DNA of 64,000 nt from an uncultured Gammaproteobacteria bacterium. Lineage in GTDB: Bacteria; Patescibacteriota; Microgenomatia; UBA8517. Both the position numbers and the translations under genes were made by a program. Shown here one piece after another: positions 18,118-27,585 of this stretch. Every line of letters begins with the position of its first letter. Positions within the stretch are counted from its first letter, which is position 1. Where the stretch lies: NCBI GenBank assembly GCA_964587425.1, contig CAZPLB010000002.1, forward strand, positions 102,053-166,052. Reading direction: 5' to 3'. Below the pieces are notes generated by a model. The model did no database searches. It saw only the letters and a program-made list of their open reading frames with translations, and had not been told where the DNA came from.

Positions 18118-18618
18118 ATGACAAATTGTGAAATTTGTAAAAACTCCAGAAAATGCCTTTTTGATGGGATGCCTCTTGATTACCTCTTTCAAAATCTAGA
18201 TCAAACCAATGGAGCAAAATGTGTTGAAGCAGGAAAGATAATATCAAATAGTCTACATATCCAAATTACTCAAGATACTTTAAACGGATATAGCCAAAAT
18301 GAGACCACTGAAATAGTAAATAAAGTATCGATACCTCTTGAAGAATATTTAGACTTACCGAATTTTTTTAATAAATTGAGGATGCCAAATAAACTTCAAC
18401 CTATTTTCAAGGAGATTGTGAAAGTAATAGACAAAAACGAGGAATATCCATTAGACATGCCCATGGGTGATGAGATATATACAATCCTATTCGAAAGCAA
18501 TGTCGATAGTAAACAGAAAATAAAAATTTTGAGAGCAATTGTTGTGGGAGTTGCACTTTGGACAGTAAATACTAGGGGAAAAGACAGAAAATCTATAGAA
18601 CCTCTAAGTTACGAATGA
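18118..18618 (+). CDS. hypothetical protein (N-terminal CxxC)
   Basis: 166-aa ORF on the opposite strand with its own -10 box. Confidence 0.65.
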   Translation: MTNCEICKNSRKCLFDGMPLDYLFQNLDQTNGAKCVEAGKIISNSLHIQITQDTLNGYSQNETTEIVNKVSIPLEEYLDLPNFFNKLRMPNKLQPIFKEIVKVIDKNEEYPLDMPMGDEIYTILFESNVDSKQKIKILRAIVVGVALWTVNTRGKDRKSIEPLSYE

Positions 18619-18666
18619 TCAACGACCACAAACCTTTTTTCCTGAACCATTCGCTACCAAACTTGG

Positions 18667-19710
18667 CTAGACATTAGCTATAGCTTTCAACAAAACGTCA
18701 GGTTTAATTGGCACACCATCAGGAACAATATTTAATCTCTCACTCATACCAAGCCAATTTGCCATACCGTTTACAGTCCTAACATAGTTAAGTGTGTTCA
18801 TTAGTGCGCTCCTCTCCCAACCACTTATGGGCCACATTCCTGTAACTTTATAAATTATCGATCTCGCCTCTTTCAACCTACTTCCGGACCTACAAATAGA
18901 AGGATGTAGTGCATCTATCAACTTATAAGTCCATTCTCCAAAACTGTCTTTAACAAAGACAACATTATCCTCTCCAACCAAATCTAATGTCTCCCCTGTA
19001 GTGTTAGTGTATTGAATTGCACGACTCAAAAAATCGCAAACAACATCCTTAAATCTGGGTTGGTTTTTGACAACTCCAAAAACTTTCTCCATCCTAGGGT
19101 ATACCTTTGCGAAATCAAAAATTGAAACTGTTCCAACATGTTTAACGTTTGACACTGCCTCAGTTGTCAATCTATGGTACGCATCTCTAACTTCTGGTAT
19201 ATGAATATCTGCATATCTCTCAGCATATCCCGAGGCCATAGATATTTTATCTGGGTTAAAAACTTCATGAGCTTTCTCTTGAATAGAGACCATACTCCAA
19301 ACATGTCCCAAAGAAAACTCTCTTACACAAGAAGGAGGGTTTTTTCCTTTTCTATATCTATCATATAACTCGCAAATTATTCGTTGATTAACAGGGATTT
19401 TTAGGTAGCAGCTCTGTTCACTCAATGTGTGTTCACTCCTAAAAAACTCCCTCAATTTTCCGAATCTTCTACTCTGCAGAGTAATTCTTTCTTTGGCATT
19501 ATCTCTATCTAATTGACCACATCCGTCTGAGCCTTGTTCTATATTTGTAAGCAATATATTAGCATCTACCTTAACCACCAGATCTGGATAAGAAGGTAAT
19601 TCGTAAACCAAATTCTGTCCACCTCTACCCAAAAACTGCGGCCCATACTTAGCAATTCTCCTGTGGGAGATGTCCGACACATCAAATTGTGAACTAAGAG
19701 TTTCAACCAT
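18667..19710 (-). CDS. hypothetical protein with protein-kinase-like motifs
   Basis: LGRGGQNLVY, LVVKV, LDLVGEDNVVF, KLID; start set at ATG 19710. Confidence 0.6.
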   Translation of the reverse strand: MVETLSSQFDVSDISHRRIAKYGPQFLGRGGQNLVYELPSYPDLVVKVDANILLTNIEQGSDGCGQLDRDNAKERITLQSRRFGKLREFFRSEHTLSEQSCYLKIPVNQRIICELYDRYRKGKNPPSCVREFSLGHVWSMVSIQEKAHEVFNPDKISMASGYAERYADIHIPEVRDAYHRLTTEAVSNVKHVGTVSIFDFAKVYPRMEKVFGVVKNQPRFKDVVCDFLSRAIQYTNTTGETLDLVGEDNVVFVKDSFGEWTYKLIDALHPSICRSGSRLKEARSIIYKVTGMWPISGWERSALMNTLNYVRTVNGMANWLGMSERLNIVPDGVPIKPDVLLKAIANV

Positions 19711-19786
19711 AAATTGTACGAAAAAGTACCAGATTCTAACACAAAAATGAATAAAACACTTAAAGAGGTTACACACAACCCAACTA

Positions 19787-21274
19787 TTACTTGATCTGTT
19801 GATGTAGGTCAATAATCACAAAAGTTCCATTTTTCTCCAAAGCTTTATATTTATTTAGCAGCTGATTAGTATCATTATCATAATTAACAGAAACATAATA
19901 GTCGGCTCCAGTTTTAATTAGTTCATCAAAACTGCGGTCAACAACGGGCCAGCCAAACCTATGAGTTTGATATAAAAATGTTGTATCTCCATTGTAGGGA
20001 GCAATAACTATTGCATCTTTCGGCAAAATTTCATCGGCTTTCATTCCCGCAGCCACAATCTCATAATGATTAACTTGATAGTTTCCCTTGACCTGGTACC
20101 ACCCCATTCCAAGCATCATAACTATACTAAAGATTAAAAATCCTTTCATGAGTAGTTTATTAAGCTCACTAGAATTCCAAATTCCAACTACCCCGCTTGC
20201 CAAAACTAGTGAGACAGCTGGAATAATTAATGTTTGGTAATAGTCATGTCTCACGTTTCCTGTAGCAAGAATACTCACATACAAAAACATTCCAAGGAGA
20301 GTTAAAACTATCGGCCAGTTTTTCTTTCTTAATATTCCAAACACAAATGGAAATAACCCCCACACACCTAAGATGAGATATCCAAGTCTTTCTCCAAATA
20401 TCCACCTCCAAAAAGCAGGCCTAAACCTAATACCATCATCATTGAAAAGCCAATTGAAAGCAGGAATTCCAATTGGAAATTTGTTCTCCCAAATTCTCCA
20501 CAAGAAAAATGGCATGAGTGCCAAATCAATCGCGAGTAGTAGATCCAATTTTTTGAAAATCTTTTTGTACCCAAACTTTTTTAAATATAGATATATATAA
20601 ATAGGTATGTAAAACAAAATAAATGGCTTCAAAAGCATTCCAAGTGCAAATAGGACAGCTGACAAAAAAAGCCCTGTTCTGGACTCTTTGTCTATGTATA
20701 CAATAAAAAACCAAATGGAAGAAATAATAAAAAAAACAGCCATTGGTTCAGGCAAAATTACACGGGTAAAGTAAATATTAAATGGAATAAAAGAATAAAA
20801 AAAAGCAGCCGACAATCCTCCCCATTTATTTATGAGCCGTTTTCCGATTAAATATAAAAAGAATGAAGTTCCGATACTGCATATAATAGAAATAAGCCTT
20901 CCCCACACTTCAAGACTAAATCTTGGCACAAGTTTGTATGCCCAAACATTAAGTAAATTAAAAATTGGAAACTCAACAAATCTCATCCCTTCAGGGTTAT
21001 AATTCCCAGTTTGGGTTGGAGAAAGATCATAATATTGCGGATGAAGTAAATCTATTCCTTTGTCAAGATAAATTCTACTAACTGATGCAGTATCTGCTTG
21101 TCTCCATGCGTGCCAATCACCAAGCGGGTTGTTAATTTTATATAGCCTCACTCCAAACGCACCAGCCAAAATTAAAAGAAGAACAAAATATTCAAACCAC
21201 ATTTTATTTGCTATTTTTCCTGCGATTCTAAATAAATTGGTTATTTTAGTTTTCAACTGTTTTATCTTTTTCAT
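19787..21274 (-). CDS. GT-C membrane glycosyltransferase (ArnT/PMT_2-like)
   Basis: multi-TM; WRQADT after TM1, EFPIF, GRL.S, LPE, H.YYQ. Confidence 0.85.
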   Translation of the reverse strand: MKKIKQLKTKITNLFRIAGKIANKMWFEYFVLLLILAGAFGVRLYKINNPLGDWHAWRQADTASVSRIYLDKGIDLLHPQYYDLSPTQTGNYNPEGMRFVEFPIFNLLNVWAYKLVPRFSLEVWGRLISIICSIGTSFFLYLIGKRLINKWGGLSAAFFYSFIPFNIYFTRVILPEPMAVFFIISSIWFFIVYIDKESRTGLFLSAVLFALGMLLKPFILFYIPIYIYLYLKKFGYKKIFKKLDLLLAIDLALMPFFLWRIWENKFPIGIPAFNWLFNDDGIRFRPAFWRWIFGERLGYLILGVWGLFPFVFGILRKKNWPIVLTLLGMFLYVSILATGNVRHDYYQTLIIPAVSLVLASGVVGIWNSSELNKLLMKGFLIFSIVMMLGMGWYQVKGNYQVNHYEIVAAGMKADEILPKDAIVIAPYNGDTTFLYQTHRFGWPVVDRSFDELIKTGADYYVSVNYDNDTNQLLNKYKALEKNGTFVIIDLHQQIK

Positions 21275-22650
21275 AATTCATTTTTCAAGCTCTGCTTATC
21301 CACAATTAGTGCCACTCCAAATCCAATCATCAGCCAAAAGATAATAGCAAATTTAGACGCTTCAAATATATCGATAAAAAGTGCATTCATCAGTAGTCCA
21401 GGTATCGCACCAATCAATCCTGCCAAATATGCAGTCCTGAAATCAATTTCCTTTGGAAAAGGAAGCTGGCTTAGAAACTTCTTAATCACGCGGTAAAAAA
21501 CAAAGACAATTGAGATAACACCCAGTATTCCAGTTTCACCAAGTGCTCGAAGGTAATCACTATCTGTAGCAAGAGTTATAGATGAATACCCCGTCCCTAA
21601 AAGTGGATTTTTCATGAAAGCACGAATAGCTCGAGGCCACTCAACATTTGTGCGAATTGAAGTTGATAAATCTTGAAGAGGAACAGGCATTGAAGGCTGT
21701 GTCTCCTCTGCAAATGCAGTCTTAATCAAAGTCATTTTTTTCAAAAGCACATCTAAGATGTTTACATATCTATTCAGTAAGTTGCTTGTCAAAAGAATAA
21801 AAAGAAAAGTGGTAACCACAATAAGTGGAATGAATTTATATTTCCTTATCAGAAAAAGTGTTAGAGAAACACTCACTATATATGAAACTGCAGATATCCT
21901 TGAGGCTGCGTTAACCAAGAGCCAAAAGGACATAATCAGGATGGAAAGGATTATTCCACGAACCAACTTTTCATTTCCCTTTATAAATTTCTCCAAAAAT
22001 TCTCTTTTCATGAATAGTAATGCAGCAAAAATTGGAGAAGTTAATATTATGTATGTGGCAAGGTCATAGTGTCCTGCAAATGTTGAGGCTAAGTGTCCTC
22101 CTTGAACATATCGAAGCGCAATACCTTTTGAATACTCCTCGTTTTGAGTAGTAATAACAGGCCAAGTCAGATATTTTTGCCCTAAACCGAAAATAGTAAC
22201 AACAAGTATGACTATCCCAACACACTTCATGTAAAATTCTAAATCCTTTTGATTCTTTAATGATGTTAAAGCTATGAAAAAGCACATTAGATACTCAACC
22301 CGTCTCCCCCACTGAAGTATTGCAACATTTGGAAGAACTGTATGGGTCAAAAATATTGCGGAGAGTGTTGAAACAAGGCTCACTGCAAGAAAAAGTACGA
22401 CAGCGCGAACTACATTGTTTGCCCAGAAGCTCTTCAAATTGGGGATTACCTTCACAAACCAAAGAAGTGTAACGGCAAGAATTAAAAAGTCTTCCAAACG
22501 AATGGAAACATAAATACCAGGAACACGAAGAAATGGAAACTTAGGGTAAATTGGAACTGCAAGGATAATAGCAGCTATTCCAACTTTCAATGCTGTATCT
22601 AAATCAAACCTTTTCTTCAAATTCTTAAGCCTCTGTAAATGCTTTAGCAT
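21271..22650 (-). CDS. O-antigen ligase/Wzy_C-like membrane protein
   Basis: multi-TM; STF.G, SR, SIR...EW..A...F..NPL.GTG, D.DYLR.LGE.G..G. Confidence 0.82.
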   Translation of the reverse strand: MLKHLQRLKNLKKRFDLDTALKVGIAAIILAVPIYPKFPFLRVPGIYVSIRLEDFLILAVTLLWFVKVIPNLKSFWANNVVRAVVLFLAVSLVSTLSAIFLTHTVLPNVAILQWGRRVEYLMCFFIALTSLKNQKDLEFYMKCVGIVILVVTIFGLGQKYLTWPVITTQNEEYSKGIALRYVQGGHLASTFAGHYDLATYIILTSPIFAALLFMKREFLEKFIKGNEKLVRGIILSILIMSFWLLVNAASRISAVSYIVSVSLTLFLIRKYKFIPLIVVTTFLFILLTSNLLNRYVNILDVLLKKMTLIKTAFAEETQPSMPVPLQDLSTSIRTNVEWPRAIRAFMKNPLLGTGYSSITLATDSDYLRALGETGILGVISIVFVFYRVIKKFLSQLPFPKEIDFRTAYLAGLIGAIPGLLMNALFIDIFEASKFAIIFWLMIGFGVALIVDKQSLKNEL

Positions 22651-23524
22651 AAATTTTAAATGACTCGCTTCCCTCCAGTATACCCAGGACCATCATCCTT
22701 CCTAAAGCACCAATTTTAAGGAGTAATCTAAGGATCGGAAACTGCCAAGCTGGATAGTGTTTTTTATAAAATGTCTTCACCCCTTTATATTCAGAAATAA
22801 TTGGAAACTCGCGAGTTGTGCTGCTTTTCCCTCCAAAATGGGTTATAGACCATTTTGGATTATAAATCACTTTCCACCCATGCTGTTTTGCCCTAAAACA
22901 AAAATCAGTATCTTCAGTATACATAAAGTACCCTTCATCTAGTCCCCCTACTTCATCAATAACTTTTGTCCTAATCATCATGAAGGCTCCCGTCACCCAA
23001 TCTAATTCCTTTTCCTTTTTGTAAAAATCATCATTTTTTGCAAAGCTTTTCTCTTTGCTTGGATGAAATGGCTTGATAATTTTGTCAACAAATAGAAGAT
23101 CTTGGATAGTCATCCATGAAAAAACTCGGGTGAGGGTTGGAAAGTAACCGCCGGTCCCCTGAACACTCCCGTCTTCATTTTTTAAAGTACACGTTGCAAC
23201 ACCAATCTTCTCATTCTCATCAAGCCAATTAACCATCTCTCCCAACACATTGTCTTGTATTAATGTATCTGAATTAAGAAGAAGTGTATATCTGCCCGTT
23301 GCAGTCTTAATTCCCTGATTATTAGCTTTTGAATACCCTACATTCTCTTTATTCCTCAGAATCTTCACTCCCTCACACTTCTGTATTTCATCCTTGGTAC
23401 TATTCTCAACCAAGATGACTTCATATTTTATGTTGCGGGTGAAGCTTTTAATCGAATCAATACAATTAAGAGTAAGCTCTTTTGTATTAAAGTTGACTAT
23501 TACAATGGACAGATCAGTTGACAT
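22625..23524 (-). CDS. GT2 glycosyltransferase (WbbL-like)
   Basis: SIVIVNFN, NVGYSKANN, LLNSD, WVTGAF, FMY.ED.D.C. Confidence 0.92.
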   Translation of the reverse strand: MSTDLSIVIVNFNTKELTLNCIDSIKSFTRNIKYEVILVENSTKDEIQKCEGVKILRNKENVGYSKANNQGIKTATGRYTLLLNSDTLIQDNVLGEMVNWLDENEKIGVATCTLKNEDGSVQGTGGYFPTLTRVFSWMTIQDLLFVDKIIKPFHPSKEKSFAKNDDFYKKEKELDWVTGAFMMIRTKVIDEVGGLDEGYFMYTEDTDFCFRAKQHGWKVIYNPKWSITHFGGKSSTTREFPIISEYKGVKTFYKKHYPAWQFPILRLLLKIGALGRMMVLGILEGSESFKIYAKAFTEA

Positions 23525-24026
23525 ACTCCTTCACCATCCAAAACATCAAACCTAAGGTAATAATCCCAACCAAAACTCTCAAAATAATGCTTCCTGGAAC
23601 ATATTTTATAGTTATCTTCTCCTCATAATGAATTCCCTTATACCAAATATCATCTTTAGCAACTTGCGGTATAAATCCATTTATATATAGTGACTCACGA
23701 AATGGATGAACAAGTTCTTCAAGATAGTAACTCCTAGTCTGGTCGCGAATCAGGGTTTGTGCATCCTCAGGTGGGTAATTAAGTCTCAGAGTAAAATTTT
23801 TATATCTAAATTGATTTTGATAGTGTGCAATTATCTGTTCCCGAGTGTAGTTGGTAAAGTAAGCCCTCCTGAACGTAGATTCTATATCGGCATCCTCCAT
23901 TGACTGAACTGCTCCAGGTGGAGGTTCTGGAAATTTGGGGGAGGGAACCAGGAGATAAACGAAAAAACCAACAGAAAAAGCCAAAAGTCCTATATACAAC
24001 AGTCGTCTAATCAACTTTTCCATCAT
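23514..24026 (-). CDS. hypothetical membrane protein (N- and C-terminal TM)
   Basis: two terminal hydrophobic segments around a soluble loop; TATAAT 7 nt upstream. Confidence 0.8.
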   Translation of the reverse strand: MMEKLIRRLLYIGLLAFSVGFFVYLLVPSPKFPEPPPGAVQSMEDADIESTFRRAYFTNYTREQIIAHYQNQFRYKNFTLRLNYPPEDAQTLIRDQTRSYYLEELVHPFRESLYINGFIPQVAKDDIWYKGIHYEEKITIKYVPGSIILRVLVGIITLGLMFWMVKEYVN

Positions 24027-24033
24027 CTATGAT

Positions 24034-24041
24034 ATTATACT
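24034..24041. promoter_or_regulatory. bidirectional overlapping -10 element ATTATACT
   Basis: minus TATAAT (24039-24034) 7 nt before ATG 24026; plus TATACT (24036-24041) 6 nt before ATG 24048; the gap is only 21 nt. Confidence 0.6.
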
Positions 24042-24047
24042 ATCAAA

Positions 24048-24692
24048 ATGATAAAAGCAGTTATCTTTGATTACGACGACACACTGGTTCAAACAATGAA
24101 GTCAAAATGGGACGCAATACGCGAAACTGGCAAACGTTTCTATAATCTTGACATTACTAATGACCAAATCAAAAAATTCTGGGGTCAAGCATACCAAGAA
24201 ATGCTTTCAGGTTCACTAATGAATATCGATACGTTTGAAAATTTAAAAAAACACTACGAAGAAACCACAAAGGAATTCCCAATGGAAGCCTATCCAGACG
24301 CGCTTGAAACAATTAAAAAACTGCTTGGAGAGTATAAAGTTGGAATCGTCACTGCTAGTGGAAAAAATCTAGTAATTGATGATTTAACTATGTTGAAATT
24401 TCCTGTCAAAAAATTCTTCTACATTCAAACATCAGAAGATACTGGAGTCCATAAACCAGACCCAAAAGTTTTTGTACCAATTTTACAAAGACTTAAGGCC
24501 ATAAACATAGACCAAAATGATGTTATTTACATTGGAGACTCAACTCGAGATTGGTTAGCAGCAAGAGATGCTGGGATTAAATTTATTGGCATAGCTCACG
24601 GCGGAAGCAGCACAAGAGATGAATTTCAAAAAGAGAACTCTAAAATTCTTGATCACCTGTCAGAAATTCCAGAAGCACTAATTAGTTATTGA
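24048..24692 (+). CDS. HAD-family hydrolase
   Basis: IFDYDDTL, GIVT, KPDP, YIGDS..D..AA..AG. Confidence 0.92.
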   Translation: MIKAVIFDYDDTLVQTMKSKWDAIRETGKRFYNLDITNDQIKKFWGQAYQEMLSGSLMNIDTFENLKKHYEETTKEFPMEAYPDALETIKKLLGEYKVGIVTASGKNLVIDDLTMLKFPVKKFFYIQTSEDTGVHKPDPKVFVPILQRLKAINIDQNDVIYIGDSTRDWLAARDAGIKFIGIAHGGSSTRDEFQKENSKILDHLSEIPEALISY

Positions 24693-25240
24693 AAAAGTCT
24701 TGCCCTACCAAGTCTATAATGTAAATCTTTATTTTCCCTCTCAGAAATAAACTTTGCTGGAACCCCTCCAACAATTGCAAAGTCGTCAACATCCTTCGTA
24801 ACAACTGCCCCTGCTGCAACAACAGCCCCTTTGCCAATTTTAACTCCCGGCAAAATTATTGCTCTTGGTCCAATAAAAACATAATCTCCAATACTAACCG
24901 GTTCAACTCTCGCTTTAAATTCAGGACTTTCTAAATCATGTTCTGAGTTATAAATCATTACACTCGATGCCATATCAACATGGTCTCCAATAATTAGTTT
25001 TGCCCTACCATCAAAAAAAGCATGGTCTCCAATAATAGTATCTTTCCCAATTACCAAATTCTTCAAAGAAAAAAATCTCACCCCGGTATGAATACTTGTT
25101 CCACTCCCAATAGTAGCTCCAGCCAAACGCATTAAAAAGCGTCTGATGTGGTGAGATGGAATCTTCACCAAACAATAAAGAAAATAAAGACAGAAGTCTG
25201 CTAGATAATTGTATAGTCTATTAATAATTTTATTTATCAT
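24686..25240 (-). CDS. hexapeptide-repeat O-acetyltransferase (WcaF/Maa-like)
   Basis: IG..T.I, PV.IGDYVFIG..A.ILPGV.IG.GAVVAAGAVVTKDV...GGVPAK. Confidence 0.92.
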   Translation of the reverse strand: MINKIINRLYNYLADFCLYFLYCLVKIPSHHIRRFLMRLAGATIGSGTSIHTGVRFFSLKNLVIGKDTIIGDHAFFDGRAKLIIGDHVDMASSVMIYNSEHDLESPEFKARVEPVSIGDYVFIGPRAIILPGVKIGKGAVVAAGAVVTKDVDDFAIVGGVPAKFISERENKDLHYRLGRARLFQ

Positions 25241-25250
25241 AAAAAAATAA

Positions 25251-26456
25251 CTAGTTCTTCGTTGCCGCTTTTATCAAAGTCTCAAGTGTCTTTCTTCCCG
25301 TTTCATCCCAGTCAAATTTTCTTGATTGAACAAGTCCTTTGACTACCATTCTATTATATTCTTTCTTCTCCATTTTAAGAACTCTCTCTATGACCCCAGC
25401 TATTTCATCAGTATTATTTGGATCAATCAAAAATCCTGCATCCCCAACAACTTCAGGAATACTTCCGACGTTACTTGCAACAACTGGTATTCCCGTTGCC
25501 ATCGCCTCAAGTGCTGTTAATCCAAACCCTTCATAAAAAGAAGGAAGGGCAAATACCTTTGCACCTCCTAGTAAAAGCGCCTTTTCTGTCTCAGTTACAA
25601 AATCTGTGAAAATAACTTTCTCCGCAAGATTTAGTTCCTTTACTTTTTCAAAAATACTCTCATATAACCAACCTTTCTTTCCCACAACAACAAGGGAAAT
25701 TCCTGGAAACTCGTTCACAATTTGTTTCCATGCAGTCAGTAGCCCTTCCAAGTTCTTACTTGGCTTAAGTGTCCCTAAGAACAAAACATAGTCGTTTACT
25801 ATAGAGTATCGCTTTTTAACGCCCTCAATGAGACCTCTCTCCTTGGTAGTTGTCATCGCGTGGTACCTCTCCTTGTCATACCCAGGGTATGTAACCACAA
25901 CTTTACTTGGTTGAACACCATAATGTCGTACAATGTCTTGTTTCGTGCTCTCCGAAATGCAAATGATATACTTTGATACCTTCATAGACCAAGCAGTCCA
26001 GTATTTCAACTGCCAAAAGTCCCTTTTTGTAAATTGTGCCGAACTTTCGAGGTATCCTAGGTCCATAATCGAGCATACTGAAGGTATAGGAGAAAATAGT
26101 GGTAAGTAGTGGCTTGGAGTAAAGAAGACATCCGACCTCTTCTTGGTCATACTTGATCTGTAGAGGTACGGCATAAGCTTGGTAACTATCCAGAGTCCAC
26201 TCCCGCCAATGACTTCATACTTAAAATGCTCAGTGGGTTGAGGCATATCATCAATTGGTGTATTACGAAGATATACAGTCACACTTATGGGGTGATTATT
26301 GGTGTTCCAAGGTTGGACATCTAACTCGTTAGCCATTTCTTCACCATTAACAAGCCTCCAAATAGACCAAAGTAGCTCAAAGGCATACTGATTTACCCCA
26401 ACTCTGTTTTCAAGGTTTGCCTCATTGCCGTCAACACCTATTAAGATTTGCTTCAT
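25251..26456 (-). CDS. GT4 glycosyltransferase
   Basis: [26 protein letters not shown]. Confidence 0.93.
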   Translation of the reverse strand: MKQILIGVDGNEANLENRVGVNQYAFELLWSIWRLVNGEEMANELDVQPWNTNNHPISVTVYLRNTPIDDMPQPTEHFKYEVIGGSGLWIVTKLMPYLYRSSMTKKRSDVFFTPSHYLPLFSPIPSVCSIMDLGYLESSAQFTKRDFWQLKYWTAWSMKVSKYIICISESTKQDIVRHYGVQPSKVVVTYPGYDKERYHAMTTTKERGLIEGVKKRYSIVNDYVLFLGTLKPSKNLEGLLTAWKQIVNEFPGISLVVVGKKGWLYESIFEKVKELNLAEKVIFTDFVTETEKALLLGGAKVFALPSFYEGFGLTALEAMATGIPVVASNVGSIPEVVGDAGFLIDPNNTDEIAGVIERVLKMEKKEYNRMVVKGLVQSRKFDWDETGRKTLETLIKAATKN

Positions 26457-27571
26457 ATATTCTGCACGCCTCCACTAACTTCCGCATTCGGAAAACGACC
26501 TTCACTATATACTTCCAAGGTTTTCTTTGCAGTCTCCTCCCAACTGTACTTTTTCACTTCAACAAATCCTTTCTTCTGCAAAGTTTTCTTGTGTTCCAAC
26601 AAATATTTTATCCCTTCTGCAATCGACAAAACATCATCTGGGTCAACGAGTGTTGCAGCACCTCCCGCCACTTCCTCCATGCTCGAGCGGTTTGATGTGA
26701 GGACTGGACACCCACAGGCAAATGCCTCAAGTATGGGAAGTCCAAACCCTTCATAAAGAGATGGGTAGAGAAGTCCTTCAGCCCCACTATAAAGTGCCGG
26801 TCTATCTGCATCTGGTACAAAACCAAGTAGACTAATCCCTCTTGTCTCCCCCAAAGTTACTTGTGGATTTCCAATCAAAACTAATTTTAATTCTCCTGTT
26901 CTAATTTTGGAAAAAGCCTCAACTATTCTCCTCGTATTTTTCCTTGCATTTATCCCAACTCCCAATAAATACTTACCTCGAATTCCATATTTTCTTTTGA
27001 CCCGCTCAATCTCCTCACTACTTTGCTCATTGAAAATTTCACTTGGCGCCTCGGGTATAACTCTGATCTTTGACTCATCAACACCAAACTTAATTAGATC
27101 CATCCGTGTTGCATTGGATGGAACAATAATGCGGTCAACTTCCTCTTTCACACGAGTCAGTTTAACTAGGTGAGTGTGCACTATTTTTCTAGGAGTTAAA
27201 TTTGGGAAAAGAATTGGAGCCAAATCATGAACTGTAGTAACTTTGAAAGCAGAGCTAGGTGGTTGACTCCAATCACTTGAGTGAAACACATCAACCTTTC
27301 CAATCAACTTTTCAATCGGCAGCAAATGAAGTCTGTTCCACATAAAATCAGAAAGAGTAGGTGGAATTAAAAATTGTTTTAATTGAAAACGGGGACCCAG
27401 TGCCAAACTAGAAATAACATTTTTTAAGTATTCTCCACGTCTCAAACTCCCGCCAAAAAGAACATATTCGTTTTCAGCATCAATTCTTGAAAGATTCCTT
27501 AAAAGCAGCTTTGTATACTCAGCTACCCCTGTTCCATATACTACCTGTGAGACATCAATTGCCACCCTCAT
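26453..27571 (-). CDS. GT4 glycosyltransferase
   Basis: MRVAID....GTGVA.Y, TVHD, PSLYEGFGLPILEA; start ATG 27571 with TACAAT 6 nt upstream. Confidence 0.93.
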   Translation of the reverse strand: MRVAIDVSQVVYGTGVAEYTKLLLRNLSRIDAENEYVLFGGSLRRGEYLKNVISSLALGPRFQLKQFLIPPTLSDFMWNRLHLLPIEKLIGKVDVFHSSDWSQPPSSAFKVTTVHDLAPILFPNLTPRKIVHTHLVKLTRVKEEVDRIIVPSNATRMDLIKFGVDESKIRVIPEAPSEIFNEQSSEEIERVKRKYGIRGKYLLGVGINARKNTRRIVEAFSKIRTGELKLVLIGNPQVTLGETRGISLLGFVPDADRPALYSGAEGLLYPSLYEGFGLPILEAFACGCPVLTSNRSSMEEVAGGAATLVDPDDVLSIAEGIKYLLEHKKTLQKKGFVEVKKYSWEETAKKTLEVYSEGRFPNAEVSGGVQNI

Positions 27572-27585
27572 AAGAGAATTGTAGC

